Translations under genes and position numbers: made by a program | In this document: in pieces, positions 51,248-64,000 of the stretch | How the letters are laid out: the number at the start of each line of letters is the position of its first letter | How positions within the stretch are numbered: the stretch's first letter is position 1 | Assembly (NCBI GenBank): GCA_951406725.2 | Contig: OX597815.1 | Location: 133,858,001-133,922,000, forward strand | DNA length: 64,000 bases | DNA from: Octopus vulgaris | Taxonomy: Eukaryota | Direction: 5' to 3' | The notes under the pieces: model-generated | Seen by the model: only the letters and a program-made list of their open reading frames with translations | What the model was told of the DNA's origin: nothing | Database searches by the model: none

Positions 51248-51655
51248 AGGTGTGGCTGTATGGTAAGAAGCTGACTTCCCAACTACATAATTTTGGGTTT
51301 TGTCATACTGTATGACACATTGGACAAGTATCTTCAACTATAGCCCCAGACCAGCCAAAGCCTTGTGAGTGGATTTGGTAGACAGAAGCTGAAAGAAGCC
51401 TATCGTGTGTGTGTGTGTTACTGTTTTCTTACCATGACATCACATGATAATTGTAAATGAGCGCCACCATCACACAAGAAATGTCCTTCACTTCTAATCT
51501 TTCATGAAAACATGTCTGATCATGGAGGAATATTAAATTACTTGGGAACAGGTGAGGGTTAGTGACAATCCATCTCATCAAATTTTGTCCGACCAATGTG
51601 AGGTTAGAGAGGTTAGGGAAATAGACATTAAAACCACGATGATGATGATGATGAA
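51248..51655 (+). mobile_element. SINE family B with (GAT)n-ending tail
   Basis: Same head as 50821-51218 but with the alternative tail. Confidence 0.8.
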
Positions 51656-51855
51656 TGTAAAGGAGCAAAACCAAATGCCACAAGGTACTTTATCTAACGC
51701 TCTACTGATTCTACCATCCACCATGTGTCTTAACATCAGTACACAAATGGGAATCAGTGTTTAATAACTTGAACACCATTTAACTGGAACATTCAACACA
51801 CCACTGAAAATTCTTTTCAAGAGAATCCCTATTAAAGGGTTTTAAAAACTGTGTT

Positions 51856-51920
<65 letters not shown>

Positions 51921-53197
51921 AAGAGGGAAGGAGAGTGTGTGTGTGTGTGTATGTTACCTCTTCTATTTCTCCCAAATCAACACATTGATATTTCTATTCC
52001 CAAAGTACCTGGTGTGTGCATGTGTTAATGTGTGTACATGTGTGTGTGTGTGTGTAAGGGGTATGAAAACACCTTCCCTTTTATACATTTCACTCTTGTG
52101 CGGAAAAAAGAAGTGTTGTGTTCTAAGTTGAGGAGCTGTGTTTTGATCTTCAACTGACGCTGACAAATTATGACGTGTCTCTCTAAAAGATGACTAGAAT
52201 GTGGCTGTCTATGTGCATGCATGTGTGTTATGTATGTGTATGGAGAGCAGGGGGGTATGCGCTTTCTTTGTTGTTTTGATTTCTTTACTGCTGGCCCTCC
52301 CTATTTTTCTCATATATTTCTCTCCCTACCTCATCCTTTCACTCTCTTTTGCTCTTTTCCATAACAAAGCAATATTGACGTCGTGTTTTGAGAGAGCTGA
52401 AGCTCGGATGTGCTGTGTGTTATATGTAATGTATGTGTGTGACTTTGTGTGTGTGTGTGTGTGTGTGTGTGCAAGTGCATGCACATATAAATGTATGCAA
52501 TGGTTTGCATGTGAAGGTATGATAATATGCACTGCATAGGGGAAGATGATTCATGGTGCAAGGTATACAGACAACAGGGTTGCTGTTGGCAGGGATTTGG
52601 CAATGTGGAAGTCATACTGTCAACTGGCACCTATTTTTATTACAAATATATTAATGGAAGCTCCTCATCATTTTAGAGAAAACACTCAACGATACCACCA
52701 CCCTCCACTTCTTCCCTTCTTCAGTGTACAATGAGATCAAGAGGTGGAGCAGGCTTTTCCAACGCTTGTTGCTATGTTACAATGAATGACTTGACTCCCT
52801 TTAAAACTGGTTCTGTAATTCAAAGGAGTTCACCTTTGTCTTAGACCACTAATAAACACTGCCTTTACCATCGACACCACCATCCCACCAATATCACCAT
52901 CATCATCATCACTACTACTCTTGCATTAACATTACTAAGGTATCACCATCACAATCATGAACATCATCATTAACATAATTATTAGGTCAGTGAGCTGGCT
53001 GAATTTTTAGCACACCAGGCAAAATGCTTATGGCCATTTCGTCCATCTTTACATTCTGAGTTCAAATTCTGCCAAAGTCGACTTTGCCTTTCATCCATTT
53101 GGGGTTGATAAAATAAGTGCCAGATGAACACTGGAATCAATGTATCCCCTCCATCGAAACTGCTGGCCTTGTACCAAAATTTGAAATCATCATTATT

Positions 53198-53570
53198 ATT
53201 ACCTCTGCCTTAGCGAAGGTGGAGGTATTGTTTTCAGTCACACTTGCTTGTTCGTTTGTCCATGGACAAAATATCTCAAGAACCAATGGATGGATTCAGA
53301 TGAAACTTTCAGGGATATTTGGCCTCGTAACTGGCATGAACTGATTAGATTTTGGGATCAACCTGGCACCAGACAAGGATACTGGATTATTTTTCTGATT
53401 TTTTTTTACCTAATTTTTGGGAGCAGTCTGATTCATTTCTAGTATTCTTGTTTGTCAGACCAGTCGAGTTTATTTCAGATATTCTCATTTTAAAAATTAT
53501 CTCCAGCTAAGCGTTAAGAAGATGTTGGTGTTGCCTTGGCAGAGGTCTGCACTCACTGAGAGCTCTTATT
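53198..53570 (+). mobile_element. Helentron-associated (DINE/HINE-like) element
   Basis: SubTIR ACCTCTGCC (53201-53209) / GGCAGAGGT (53538-53546), 5' palindrome ACCTCTGCCTT-AGCG-AAGGTGGAGGT, 3' hairpin GCACTC-ACT-GAGAGC, TT flanks. Confidence 0.8.
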
Positions 53571-56125
53571 ATTAAGACAATGATCTGGCAGAATCATTAG
53601 CATGTCAGACAAGATGCCTAGTGACATTTCTTCTGAGTCTTTACATTCTGGGTTCAAATTCTGTTGAAGCTGACTTCACCTTTCATCCTCTCAGGGTCAG
53701 TGTTGCCACCACTACCACTGGTACCACCACCATACCCACTTGCTTCTTCCACCCTGTTGTTCCTGTCACCTTTTTGCTATCAATACTATCACCACCAACT
53801 ACAACCACAGGATACACAACCTCTACACCTTATCTCTGTCTCTAATACCCCACCATGACCACCACCAAGAAACACTGGACTTGTACTTGCACCAATACCA
53901 CCACACTCTGCAACCATTATATACCACCAATACTACAACCACTGTTACATGCATACACTACACATCACACTAGTGCTAGCACAATACCTTACCAGTAATG
54001 AGGTTTGACCACTGCTTGTTGCTAACTACAGGTCTTTGTTTATCTACAGCGCTATTACCTGCTGACCATTTATTGTGATGATTTTCTTGTTGATCAGAAT
54101 TTCATCACCACCTTCAACACCACCCGCCATCACTACCACTGCCACATCTTCCATCCTTCACCACCATCACCATTACATTGTCTGCTGATCATTTATTGTA
54201 ATGGCCATTTGTTGGTGGGACTTCATCACCCCTACCACAACCACCTTCACCAAAAGCCATAACCGCAAGGGAGTGGGGTGGGAAGTGTCTTACTCATTGC
54301 AGAGGCATCTTTTTCATATTCTTTGGCCATTGTTTAACTGGTTTTGGGGAATTTACAGCAACAACAACAACAGCAGCAGCAGCAGCAGTGGCAGCAGCCA
54401 TAGCAATGACAAATGACAAAAGCAATACTAATAATATTAACCACTGCAACAATGAAGATGACAGAGGGATGACTTATGTAAAGAATGTGAAGCATGAGTG
54501 TATAATTGTATGTAAACACACCACTCCCAAACGTGTGTGTATGTGTGTGTGTGTCTGTTTGGGTAGATGTGTGTTTGTGTGTGTGTTTGCTTGTGTGTAT
54601 GTATAAAAGAGAGAATGTTGGGAAAAATGTGTGCATTAAGCAACCAATTGTTTTATGTATTTCAGCAAAAATTTGTTCAAAAACCACATTAGATTAAACA
54701 GGCCACATGCGTGCACACACACGCACACATTAGCATACACATATCCACATTTAAACAAACTCTCCTCTCTTTCCCTGTCCTCTCTCTCTCTCATTCAGCT
54801 GTTGGTTTCCAAATGACTTGTTTAGTATTTCTCTAGCTTTCTCTCTTCAATATGGAATCTATCTATCTACAACAGGTCTGCCCAACATGTGGTCTACCTC
54901 AGACCACATGTAGCCCCCAAGGACACTCAAAGAAGCAGTCTGTAATCAATTTGAAAATAAAAAAATAAATATTTATTTATAAGCAAGCTAAGAAAAGGCC
55001 AGTCAAAATAGATTGTATATTGTCATTGTCTGGACCCAGGTCATCCCTGATGGAACATGTTTATGATCAAAGAAATTCAACCATAGCTGTCCCATCTTTG
55101 TTTATGGTATAATGTATTCAAGATTGCATTTTCCTACATACACGTTTCTCCTTTCCAAATAGTAAGGCAATACAATTAGAGGAAGATTCTGCTGCTATTT
55201 CTCTCAGTTCAAGCAACCATATAGAAGCCACCTTCTTAGCTCTAAGGAAATAGACTTATGATCAAAAGACAGTTTCAACGTGCTAGAAATAGCAGCCAAA
55301 TCTCTCTCAAATCATGCTGTACTGTCTTAAAGAAAGAGACCTATTTGGATAAGGTGATCTCAGACACTTCATATGTGAAATATAGTTATTTTAGTCATAT
55401 CGGCATAGAATAGAAAATTTCTTGCTCAAAATTAAAAGCCTCCTTCCTGTGTTTCATGCATGATTTTATAATTTAAAAACATTACCAAACATAATTAAAG
55501 CATTCATTTACTTATGAAAATCTATAGCAATTTCATTTTTATTTTTCATTAACAACATATTGACCTTATTGCTCCTTAACTTATAGAATTCTAATCTAAA
55601 AGCCATCAGTGTACTGAAGTATATTTAAATGTTTAAAACATATATAGTAATTTTAAAAATATATAGTCTTACTGTGGAATGTTTTTTTTTTTTAATTTCA
55701 AGCTCAATTATGTAGATAAAAGGGGAGCTGGTTTCTACCTTGTTAGCCTTCAGACATAGGCATGACTTGGTGGTTAAGAAGCTCACTTTGCAGCCATGTG
55801 GTTTCGAGTTCAGTCCCACTTCACAGCACCTTGGATAAGTGTCTTCTACTATTATAACCCCCAGGATCACCAGTGACTTGAAAGTGAATACAGCAGACGG
55901 AAACTGTGTGGAAGCTTGTCGTGTGTGTGTATGTATCTGTGTGTGTGTGGGTATCTTTGTGTTTGTGATCCGAAAATTTAGCAGATTGGCAAAAGGGACC
56001 TATAGAATAAGCACCAAACTTTAAAAATAAGTATTGGGGTTGGTTTGTTCAGCTAAACCTTCTTTGAAGCAGTGCCCCAGCATGGCCACAGTCTAATGAC
56101 TTAAACAAGTAAAAGATAAAAGTTA

Positions 56126-56166
<41 letters not shown>

Positions 56167-56391
56167 CATATATATATATACATACATACAGGTATGGTGA
56201 TGCAAACAGGAAAAATAGAACCCCAAATATGAGTATATTTATATTTTTATTAATATTTAGCAGAAGCAGCAGTGTGGCTCAAGGGCCAAGGATATGAGTT
56301 TGTATTTATCAAACAAGTTTGAGAAGTGCCTACACACAAAAAAGGCTAACAATGCCACAAACAAACACACACCGATTTTCTACATATGTAG

Positions 56392-56431
<40 letters not shown>

Positions 56432-56646
56432 TGAAGGAAAAAAGCGATTAAAAGTGGATATAGGAATAACTTATTTGTATGTTATAAAATTATGAAAATT
56501 CCTTTTTAAAAACATATCAATAAATCTAAATTGATTACAAGTTGTAAAACTTTAAAAAATGAAATAAAGTAACATAAATATGCTTCAGTCCTATCATCTA
56601 GTTGATCAGAAGTTCTAAACATTTGATTAAATGCTAAGAAAGATAT

Positions 56647-56752
56647 CATATTCTAACTATATTGGGTAGGACTTCTTCAGGGTTAATTATGAGCTTATGG
56701 AACTTAGGTTATTTTTCTTTTGAAGGATGCATATAGAGTATTAGTGAGTTTA
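56647..56752. mobile_element. Half copy of the 1191-1414 palindromic element
   Basis: ATTCTAACTATATTGGGTAGGACTTCTTCAGGGTT..TATGAGCTT...CTTAGGTTAT...GGATGCAT matches one arm. Confidence 0.8.
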
Positions 56753-56816
56753 AGAAGTTAAAAGCTATATATAGTAAGTGTATCTAAGTGATGGCTTCTA
56801 TGTATTCATAAATATA

Positions 56817-56871
<55 letters not shown>

Positions 56872-59054
56872 TTAATATTTGAGGGAATAAAATCCAAAAC
56901 TTACAAGGAAAAAATTCAATTTAGAAATACTAAATCAAATTTCACACAATATAATTGTTCATTTTGAATTGATAAATGGTGTTTTTTTTTTCTAATTTTA
57001 TATATATATATATATATATCTGCACTGCTAGAAAAATCAACTAGAGCTTCCTGAAATCACATCCTATGTCTTAAAAATATGGAAGGACATATTTGATATA
57101 GTTTTGGTTACAACACTGCACCAAAAAGAAAAGAAAAAAAAAACAAAAGACAAGGTAGTCATATCTAGAACACTTATAATTATAGGTCTGCTCTATCAAG
57201 CTGATCTATGAATAAGTAACAGTAAAAGAAACATACTTTTCTGAATATTTATTTTAGTTGTCATGTACTTGGTGTGAACAAAATAGTTGTCAAAAAGTAT
57301 TAATATGTGAATCAACTTACTCTCTCCTAAAGGTTAAACAACACTTTATGTAAGCTGGTCAGGGAGCTACTACATGCTTGTTTAACTTTCAGAAATAGCA
57401 GTTTAATCTCATGGGAAAGAACACAATCAATCTACACTGCCAATTTTTCCTGAGAAGGTCATTGAAATACCTCAGGGTCCTATTAGAAGAAGCAACTGTC
57501 ATTACACTTTTCTGCTGGATTCCCAAATGTAACTAATTGAGACTATGGATATTATCCAATCATCTCACTCTCAGTTAGCTCAGGTTAAAGAATTTGTCTT
57601 GTGATCCTCTCCTGTGACATTCTAGCTACATGTCTGTATTACTGGAGCTGTGATCTCTCAATACAGAAAAGTTACAGCTAAACCTGGAGAGATTCCCTGA
57701 TTTCCAAACTATCCCTTCTGTCATGTGACATTACTCCTGAGATCCTTCAGAGAAATGCATTTTGACCACTTTTTTCTGCAACCATACTCTTTCAGAAGTG
57801 TACATTAGATGCTATAATCCTTTTATATATATATATATATATAGATAGATAGATAGATCGATAGATTAAATATGACCAGTTTATGGGGTTAACTGGGGTT
57901 TCACGTCCATAAAGTGCTTAGCTTTATAGAGTCTCTGGGTTACATATATATATATATATATATATATACACATCACATAACCCTTTGATTAATGCACTGT
58001 TACAAAAGATCAACTAGATAGTTATAGACAAGATAGTTATGGGTTGGTTGATATGTATTTGAACATAATTTAGCTCAACTTGAGCTGATTTAGGGGCCAT
58101 ACAACATTTTCTCTGTAACAATAAGCTGCTATATCATGATAAAAAAGCAAGAAACTGGACTTGCCATTACCTTTGCCATAAATCATAAAGTTTTAATGGT
58201 AATTGTACAGGAAATTATAATGTTTGATTTTTTTTTTTTCTCCAAAAGCACTAATGATACAGCTGCAGTAATGTGCTTCCTACTGGGATTGAAACCTTGT
58301 TGCAGGCTCTCTTCATTGAAATCTTGCCACTGCACTCTGGTGTTCACTGCCACATGTGATGAGGATAATAACAGTAATCCTATTTTTGGATAAAGAACTG
58401 GAGCAATATTCACTCTTTCTTGCCATTTCAACTAAAATTTCTGAGAACCAGAATAGTTTACAAGAATACAACAAGCAAACCATTTCAATAATGTTACTCC
58501 CCACAGAGAAATCTCCGTGTATGTTGACAGTATCATAGTTCTATATGTACAACCTATTACAAAGATCCCTCAGCTTGAAGATTTCAATCTCCAGGAACTG
58601 GCCTATTTATTTTGTTCTTATTTAAAGAATTCTCCTTACTGCTGTGTTGACTTTTGCTCAATGAATCCTTTATTTAGAGAAGGTAAATTTTATAACTTTT
58701 TTTCTATATTCTGCAACATTTTTTAATACTCAGTGTTAGAAAGCATAGTGCAAAAAATATGCCTTTGTAGACTTTTGTGGAAAGATTTTTATGCTAGATT
58801 TTCTTTTTTTTTTTTTAAGCAGATTGCTTACGTTGGGTTTAGTCTTTCATTTACTCTCCTTATTTGTGCATTAAATACTTTTATCAATTTCTTTTTCCTA
58901 TAATAAGAAATCTATATTTGTCTATATTACCTATTTAAAAAGTAAGCAAATTTTGTCCTGTGACTGAATCTAAATAATTCTTGAAAGCTAGTCACAAACA
59001 GTTTCTGTGTATGAGCTTAATTATATCATTACTAGCTGTTACATTACGATAGCC

Positions 59055-59098
<44 letters not shown>

Positions 59099-59144
59099 GG
59101 AGGGAGGGAAGGAGAGAGAGAGAGAGTATATAGTTTCAAACTTA

Positions 59145-59182
59145 TGTGAATCAGCTCACAGTTGAATGTGAGCTGATTCACA
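59145..59182. repeat. Perfect 16-bp inverted repeat with 6-nt spacer
   Basis: TGTGAATCAGCTCACA-GTTGAA-TGTGAGCTGATTCACA. Confidence 0.95.
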
Positions 59183-62136
59183 GCATTGAGGCTCATTGTT
59201 ACATTGTCATTGCCTGTGAGAGTTATCTTCCCCAAACATCAGTTTCTAAGGTCACTAATGAATTGAGTCAAGACCAGATCTTTCATCAAGTCCAGTATCA
59301 TTTCATGATGTAGCTGATGATTAATAACAGAAGCATAAGCAGCTGTTGAAAAGTATCTTTTGTATAGCTAGTCAGGCTTAACAGCTGGCCTCTTCATTAT
59401 TTCTCATTGTCACCATCACCACCACTAGCAGTTTGCTAAGTTGCTTTGCTGGCATGAATAGCACAGCCAAAAAATGGGTTGGAAGCTATAGAATTATCAT
59501 TTACCCTTCCTATCAATTGAGGTATTTTATGGATGGTTAATAACCTGATTAAAACAACAAAAGGAGCCAGTTGGGAACTTAAGCTATGACATGTTTTATC
59601 TCTCCCAGGAAAAAAAAAATTATCAGAACAAATGACTTCAACTTTATTTGATACATTAATATACAAGCACCATCTTTTTTCAGTTATGAATAATCTTGTA
59701 AAATCAAGATTGGAGTTACTCAGTTTTAGCTTGGATCTTCTCTTTTTGGTAGCAAATTAAGTTTCTCTATGATAGTTATTGTGCTTGTGGTTAAAAACTT
59801 CATCCTTTCCTACTGTCTTGTACCATATCCAATTCTAGCTACAAAGCCCCCCCCCTCCCGGCCATACTCATTTGTTTGTCACTATCACCTGTAATAATAT
59901 TACTCATGTTTTGCAGCATATTCTACCTGTTCACATTTTGAGTTCAAATTCCTCCAAGGTCAACTTTGTCTTTTATATTTCTGGTGTTGATAAAATAAAA
60001 GTACCAGTTAAGTACTGGGGTTGATGGTTATCAACTTATTCCCTTCTCTTGAAACTTTTGGCCTTGTGCCTAAATCAGAATCCATTTCATAGTGATAGCA
60101 GAAACTGCAGAAGTTACCAATATGACTGTTTTTGTTATGAGTTCTTGCTTGCTATGTAAGTTGGGGCTGGTTCTATGCAGGATAATTGATCCAAATAGAT
60201 TTTTGATTGCGGACTTGACCAAATATTGTAGTGGTGCATACAAAACAATAGATAGGTTAATCAACTATAAATATTTTTGTACAATGAAATAAAAGTTTGT
60301 TGTCTGTTGTATTGCCAACTAGTCTATTCTGTTTTAAATACCATTAATTAATCCAGTCTTTGGACCAATGATTGTAGTTTATAGACTGTAATCACTTATA
60401 CACAGCTCTTACCACCATCTAACCATTTTGTATAGGTTAGAAGGTTACCATACAAAGATGTTGGCATTTAAATGAAGTAGAATTATGTAGGATCTGATGA
60501 ACACCCATACATACCTTTGCAGTATTATAATATTGAATGAACAAAGGAGTTGCTATGTGACCACTCAGTATGCTAGAAATTGCAGCCAAACCCTTCCATC
60601 TTTGAATAAGGTAATACATATAGTTCAGTTTCCCTAGAAATACAGATGGTCACAGTTGGAATGCCATTGGTGTATCTACTGCAAGGTTGACCTGGGACCA
60701 AACAACAACAAATATTTGAAAACAAACGTTATAAGATGGGCAGTGTTCAGAACATACTTTTGTCTGAATGTAATTAATTTGTCAGTTAATGTTACATTAA
60801 TAGACATTAATGATAATTTTATTTTATTTCATTTTATTTTATTTTTCAAGTTTCATGGTGCTTATACAAAATAAGGAAATATATAATGATTTTTAGAATA
60901 AAAATAATTAATAAATTAAAATTAAATGAAACAAATTTCTCATTTGTATATTTGTTGCAATAATACTAATTCTGTTTAACTGTTAATTACAAATTTAGCA
61001 CATTGTATAATTCCAAATTAAGTGACATGGCATTTTTAATGTAACCAACCAACCAACCATGAAAGAATATTATTGATGCTGATGATGACTGATATTTAAT
61101 ATACTTTCTCTCTTCACCCATTCAAATATATTTGTCTTGAAGTGTTAAAGTGAAGAGGATTGACTTGCAAGAGTCTTGTGCCAGTGCCACATAAGAAGCA
61201 CTCATGCTGGTGTCACATTAGAAGCACCCAGTACACACTTAGGAAGGACACCCAGCTGTAGAAACCAAGCCAAATTAGACTGAAACCTCATGCAGCTCTC
61301 TAACTTGCCAGCTCTGGTCAAACTGTCCAGCCCATGCCAACATGGGAAACAGATCTAAAGGATGATGATGATGACACACACACATATACACACTCTAATC
61401 CCTGTGTGTGTTGCTTTACAAGGAAAAAGGAGTGCTCAATACATGTTGCAGAGGATGTTTTTTTTTTATTATTGTAACTGAAACCAAATGTTTGTCTCAC
61501 GGTTTCACTTTCATTCCATTATGATCTCCAGGCAAAACTCATGTCAATTTCTGAGGCTGCTAATCCACTTCTTTCTCATTAAGTTGTGCTCCAGCTAAGT
61601 AAGTGAGGACAATATGTCCAGAGCCTACCTGTTTGCTTCTGAACTGTACATGTAACCTCTGGCCATATTAGAATATATATGTGCACACACACACGCACAC
61701 ACACACACATTCTTAGTTTCATGTGCTTATGTATATAAAGTGAAATAGAGACTAAGTCCCATGACATATGCTGTAATCTCTAAAGCATACCACTCAGCAT
61801 AGTATTTTCTGTATTCTAAATGAAAACAGCATCCAGATAGGATACAGAAATCCTTGCAGCAGAAATAGGATGAAGAGATAAAAACATAATAGCAGGAATA
61901 AAGGTAGAGGAGGTAAATTATTAGTTGTAGTTGAATTAGATTAGCAGGAGTAAATAGTGGGGCAGAAATGTAATGCCATAAGAAGTAGCATGACATTTTT
62001 AACATGACCAACCTGCCAACAATGAGTAGTATTAGTATGAGGTGAATTTTCCAATATTTGTTAACATTATAGACATAAGATATTTAAACTCAACACATTT
62101 GTTCTTTGTAAGGCATATTTTACAAATGAAATCTTT

Positions 62137-62460
62137 CATCATCATCATCATCATCGTTTAACGTCCGTTTTCCACGCTAGCACAGGTTGGACGGTTCGAC
62201 CGGGGTCTGGGAAGCCAGGGGCTGCACCAGGTTCTGGTCTGATCTGGCAGTGTTTCTACAGCTGGATGCCCTTCCTAACGCCAACCACTCTGCAAGTGTA
62301 GTGGGTGCTTTTTACGTGCCACTGGCACAGGTGCCAGAGGAGTATGGCATCAGCCATGATCGGTTGGTGCTTTTAACGTGCCACCAGCACGGAAGCCAGC
62401 CAAGGCGGCGCTGGCATCAGCCACGTTCGGATGGTGCTTTTTATATGCCACCAGCACAAG
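62137..62460 (-). mobile_element. Retroposon family C, three monomers
   Basis: (CAT)nCGTTTAACGTCCG tail; GGTGCTTTT..TGCCAC motif three times at ~64-bp period. Confidence 0.87.
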
Positions 62461-62836
62461 CATATATTATTGTTTAACTTTCATGCAGCTTCTGATCAAA
62501 TATTATGAATAAATGTGTTCCAGATGCTAGCATGGAGAACGGACGTTAAACGAACGAACGATGTGACTGTTATTTTTTTTATTTATTCAGGTATAGTTTA
62601 TTAATGATTACAGATTAATTTCTATGCCCAATTTAATACCACCATCAAGATCTTGCATGTCTTTAGAGGTGGCCACTGTTACAAAAATTTAGGCCTGGTT
62701 TCTTGTCTGAAGATACCTTCTCCACTTTCTCTTACCAATCTTAGAACACCTGAAAAAAAAAAAAGCTATGGGTACTACTTTTCCTCCCAACAAAAGAAGC
62801 CCAACAAAATCTTGGCATTCTTTTTTTCCATGTATA

Positions 62837-63051
62837 TTGATTTCAAATTTTTGCACAAGGCCAGCAATTTCAGGTAAGGACATTAGTTAAATGCATCGAC
62901 CCCAGTGTTCAACTAGTACTTATTTTATCAACCACAAAAGGATAAAAGGTAAAGTTGACCTTGGCAGAATTTGAACTCAGAACATAAAGACAGATGAAAT
63001 ACTACTCTGCATTTTGCCCAGTGTGTTAATGATTCTGCCAGCTCACCGCCT
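62837..63051 (-). mobile_element. SINE family A, full length
   Basis: Minus-strand start GGCGGTGAGCTGGCAGAATC through GCTGGCCTTGTGCAAAAATTTGAAA. Confidence 0.88.
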
Positions 63052-63735
63052 TTCCTTGTATATTAACATTTTTTTAAGACGAAAGGGTGTAATTTGATGG
63101 CAATTTGGCAGATTTTCAAGGATTTGAAGCAATGAAGCAGAAACATCCTTACTGGCTTCTCTCTCTCTCTCTCTCAGTTTTTTTTTGTCATATATTGAGC
63201 CATTGTTGAGAAAGTGGAATCACACTAAATTGCTGGACATGCACGAATGATTTCAGTTCTTAGATACTTAATTCTATGTGAATAAATATGGCTGGAAATT
63301 GAAAACTTAATGGTTGTTTATTTCAATGTTAAAAGTTTAAATGAAATAAAGTATGCACACATAATAAATATAGACACACCCATAATATATATACAACTTT
63401 TAGTGAAAAAGAACAATATATATATGTGTATATATATATATATATAGATAGATAGATAGATATTGTGCAATTATAGAAGCCTGTCAACAAAGCAGTTTGA
63501 GTCACACAGGCAGTGTGAGTCAACCACTTTCAGTTATCTTTGAAGATTCTAGTGAAATGGATGGACAAGTTTTTATAATTGCATAAAATATATAAATGAA
63601 CTATTTATTATATTGAGTGATCTTCATCTTAACATATAAAGCTTGCTTGATCACCGTGTGTGTGTGTGTGTGTGTGTGCGAGAGAGAGAGAGAGAGGAAA
63701 AAAAAGTTTCTTGAACCATTATTCAGAATTTTAAT

Positions 63736-63793
63736 TGCTGGTTATTCAAAACAGTTGACAGTTCCCACCGTCAATTGTTTGAAATAATCAGCA
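63736..63793 (+). ncRNA. Candidate pre-miRNA-like hairpin
   Basis: 24-nt arms, 10-nt loop, 20 WC + 2 G-U pairs on +; no known miRNA recognised. Confidence 0.35.
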
Positions 63794-64000
63794 TGACAAT
63801 ATATAAACAAAAATATTTGTAAATATAGAGTTGTGTTTAAGCATTGAAATTTGATTGATTGCCAGAAGAATTCACCAATTTCAATCTCTTTCTCAACATT
63901 ACAAATGGATGCATTAAAATGCTATCCTTCTCAGAGAGGCAAGCATCACATCGAAGATAAGTGTTCTATAATGGACCAGTTGATTTTATAATTGTTAATG

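Noticed and set aside
52526-52731. Long-range inverted match (17/23)
   Set aside because: Purine/pyrimidine-biased and does not extend without gaps.
57490-57680. RNase H-like FCWIP motif of a LINE
   Set aside because: Single short motif without the following GNExAD.
58183-58504. hAT-like transposase C-terminus on the minus strand
   Set aside because: Only a vague resemblance; no diagnostic motif.

Overview
AT-rich, microsatellite-dense eukaryotic non-coding DNA. The repeat families look like those of Octopus genomes (an inference from pattern recognition, not a search), so this is probably a long intron or gene desert. No intact protein-coding gene can be supported, and the long ORFs in the track are translations of simple repeats. 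The window contains several modular SINE families (labelled A-E here), many with target-site duplications (TSDs). It also holds small non-autonomous DNA transposons of the piggyBac, hAT-Charlie, Tc1/mariner, Helitron and Helentron types, a palindromic MITE-like element, and decayed RTE and possibly MULE fragments. Best leads: (1) a 114-bp tail-less 5' fragment of ribosomal protein L17 coding sequence flanked by an 11-bp direct repeat; (2) hairpins in unique-sequence islands, notably an ungapped 69-bp fold-back at 30618-30776 and a pre-miRNA-shaped hairpin at 63736-63793; (3) a nested transposon stack at 33-35.5 kb; (4) a retroposon with a 5' array of ~64-bp palindromic monomers. Coordinates were counted by eye, and only representative repeat copies are listed.
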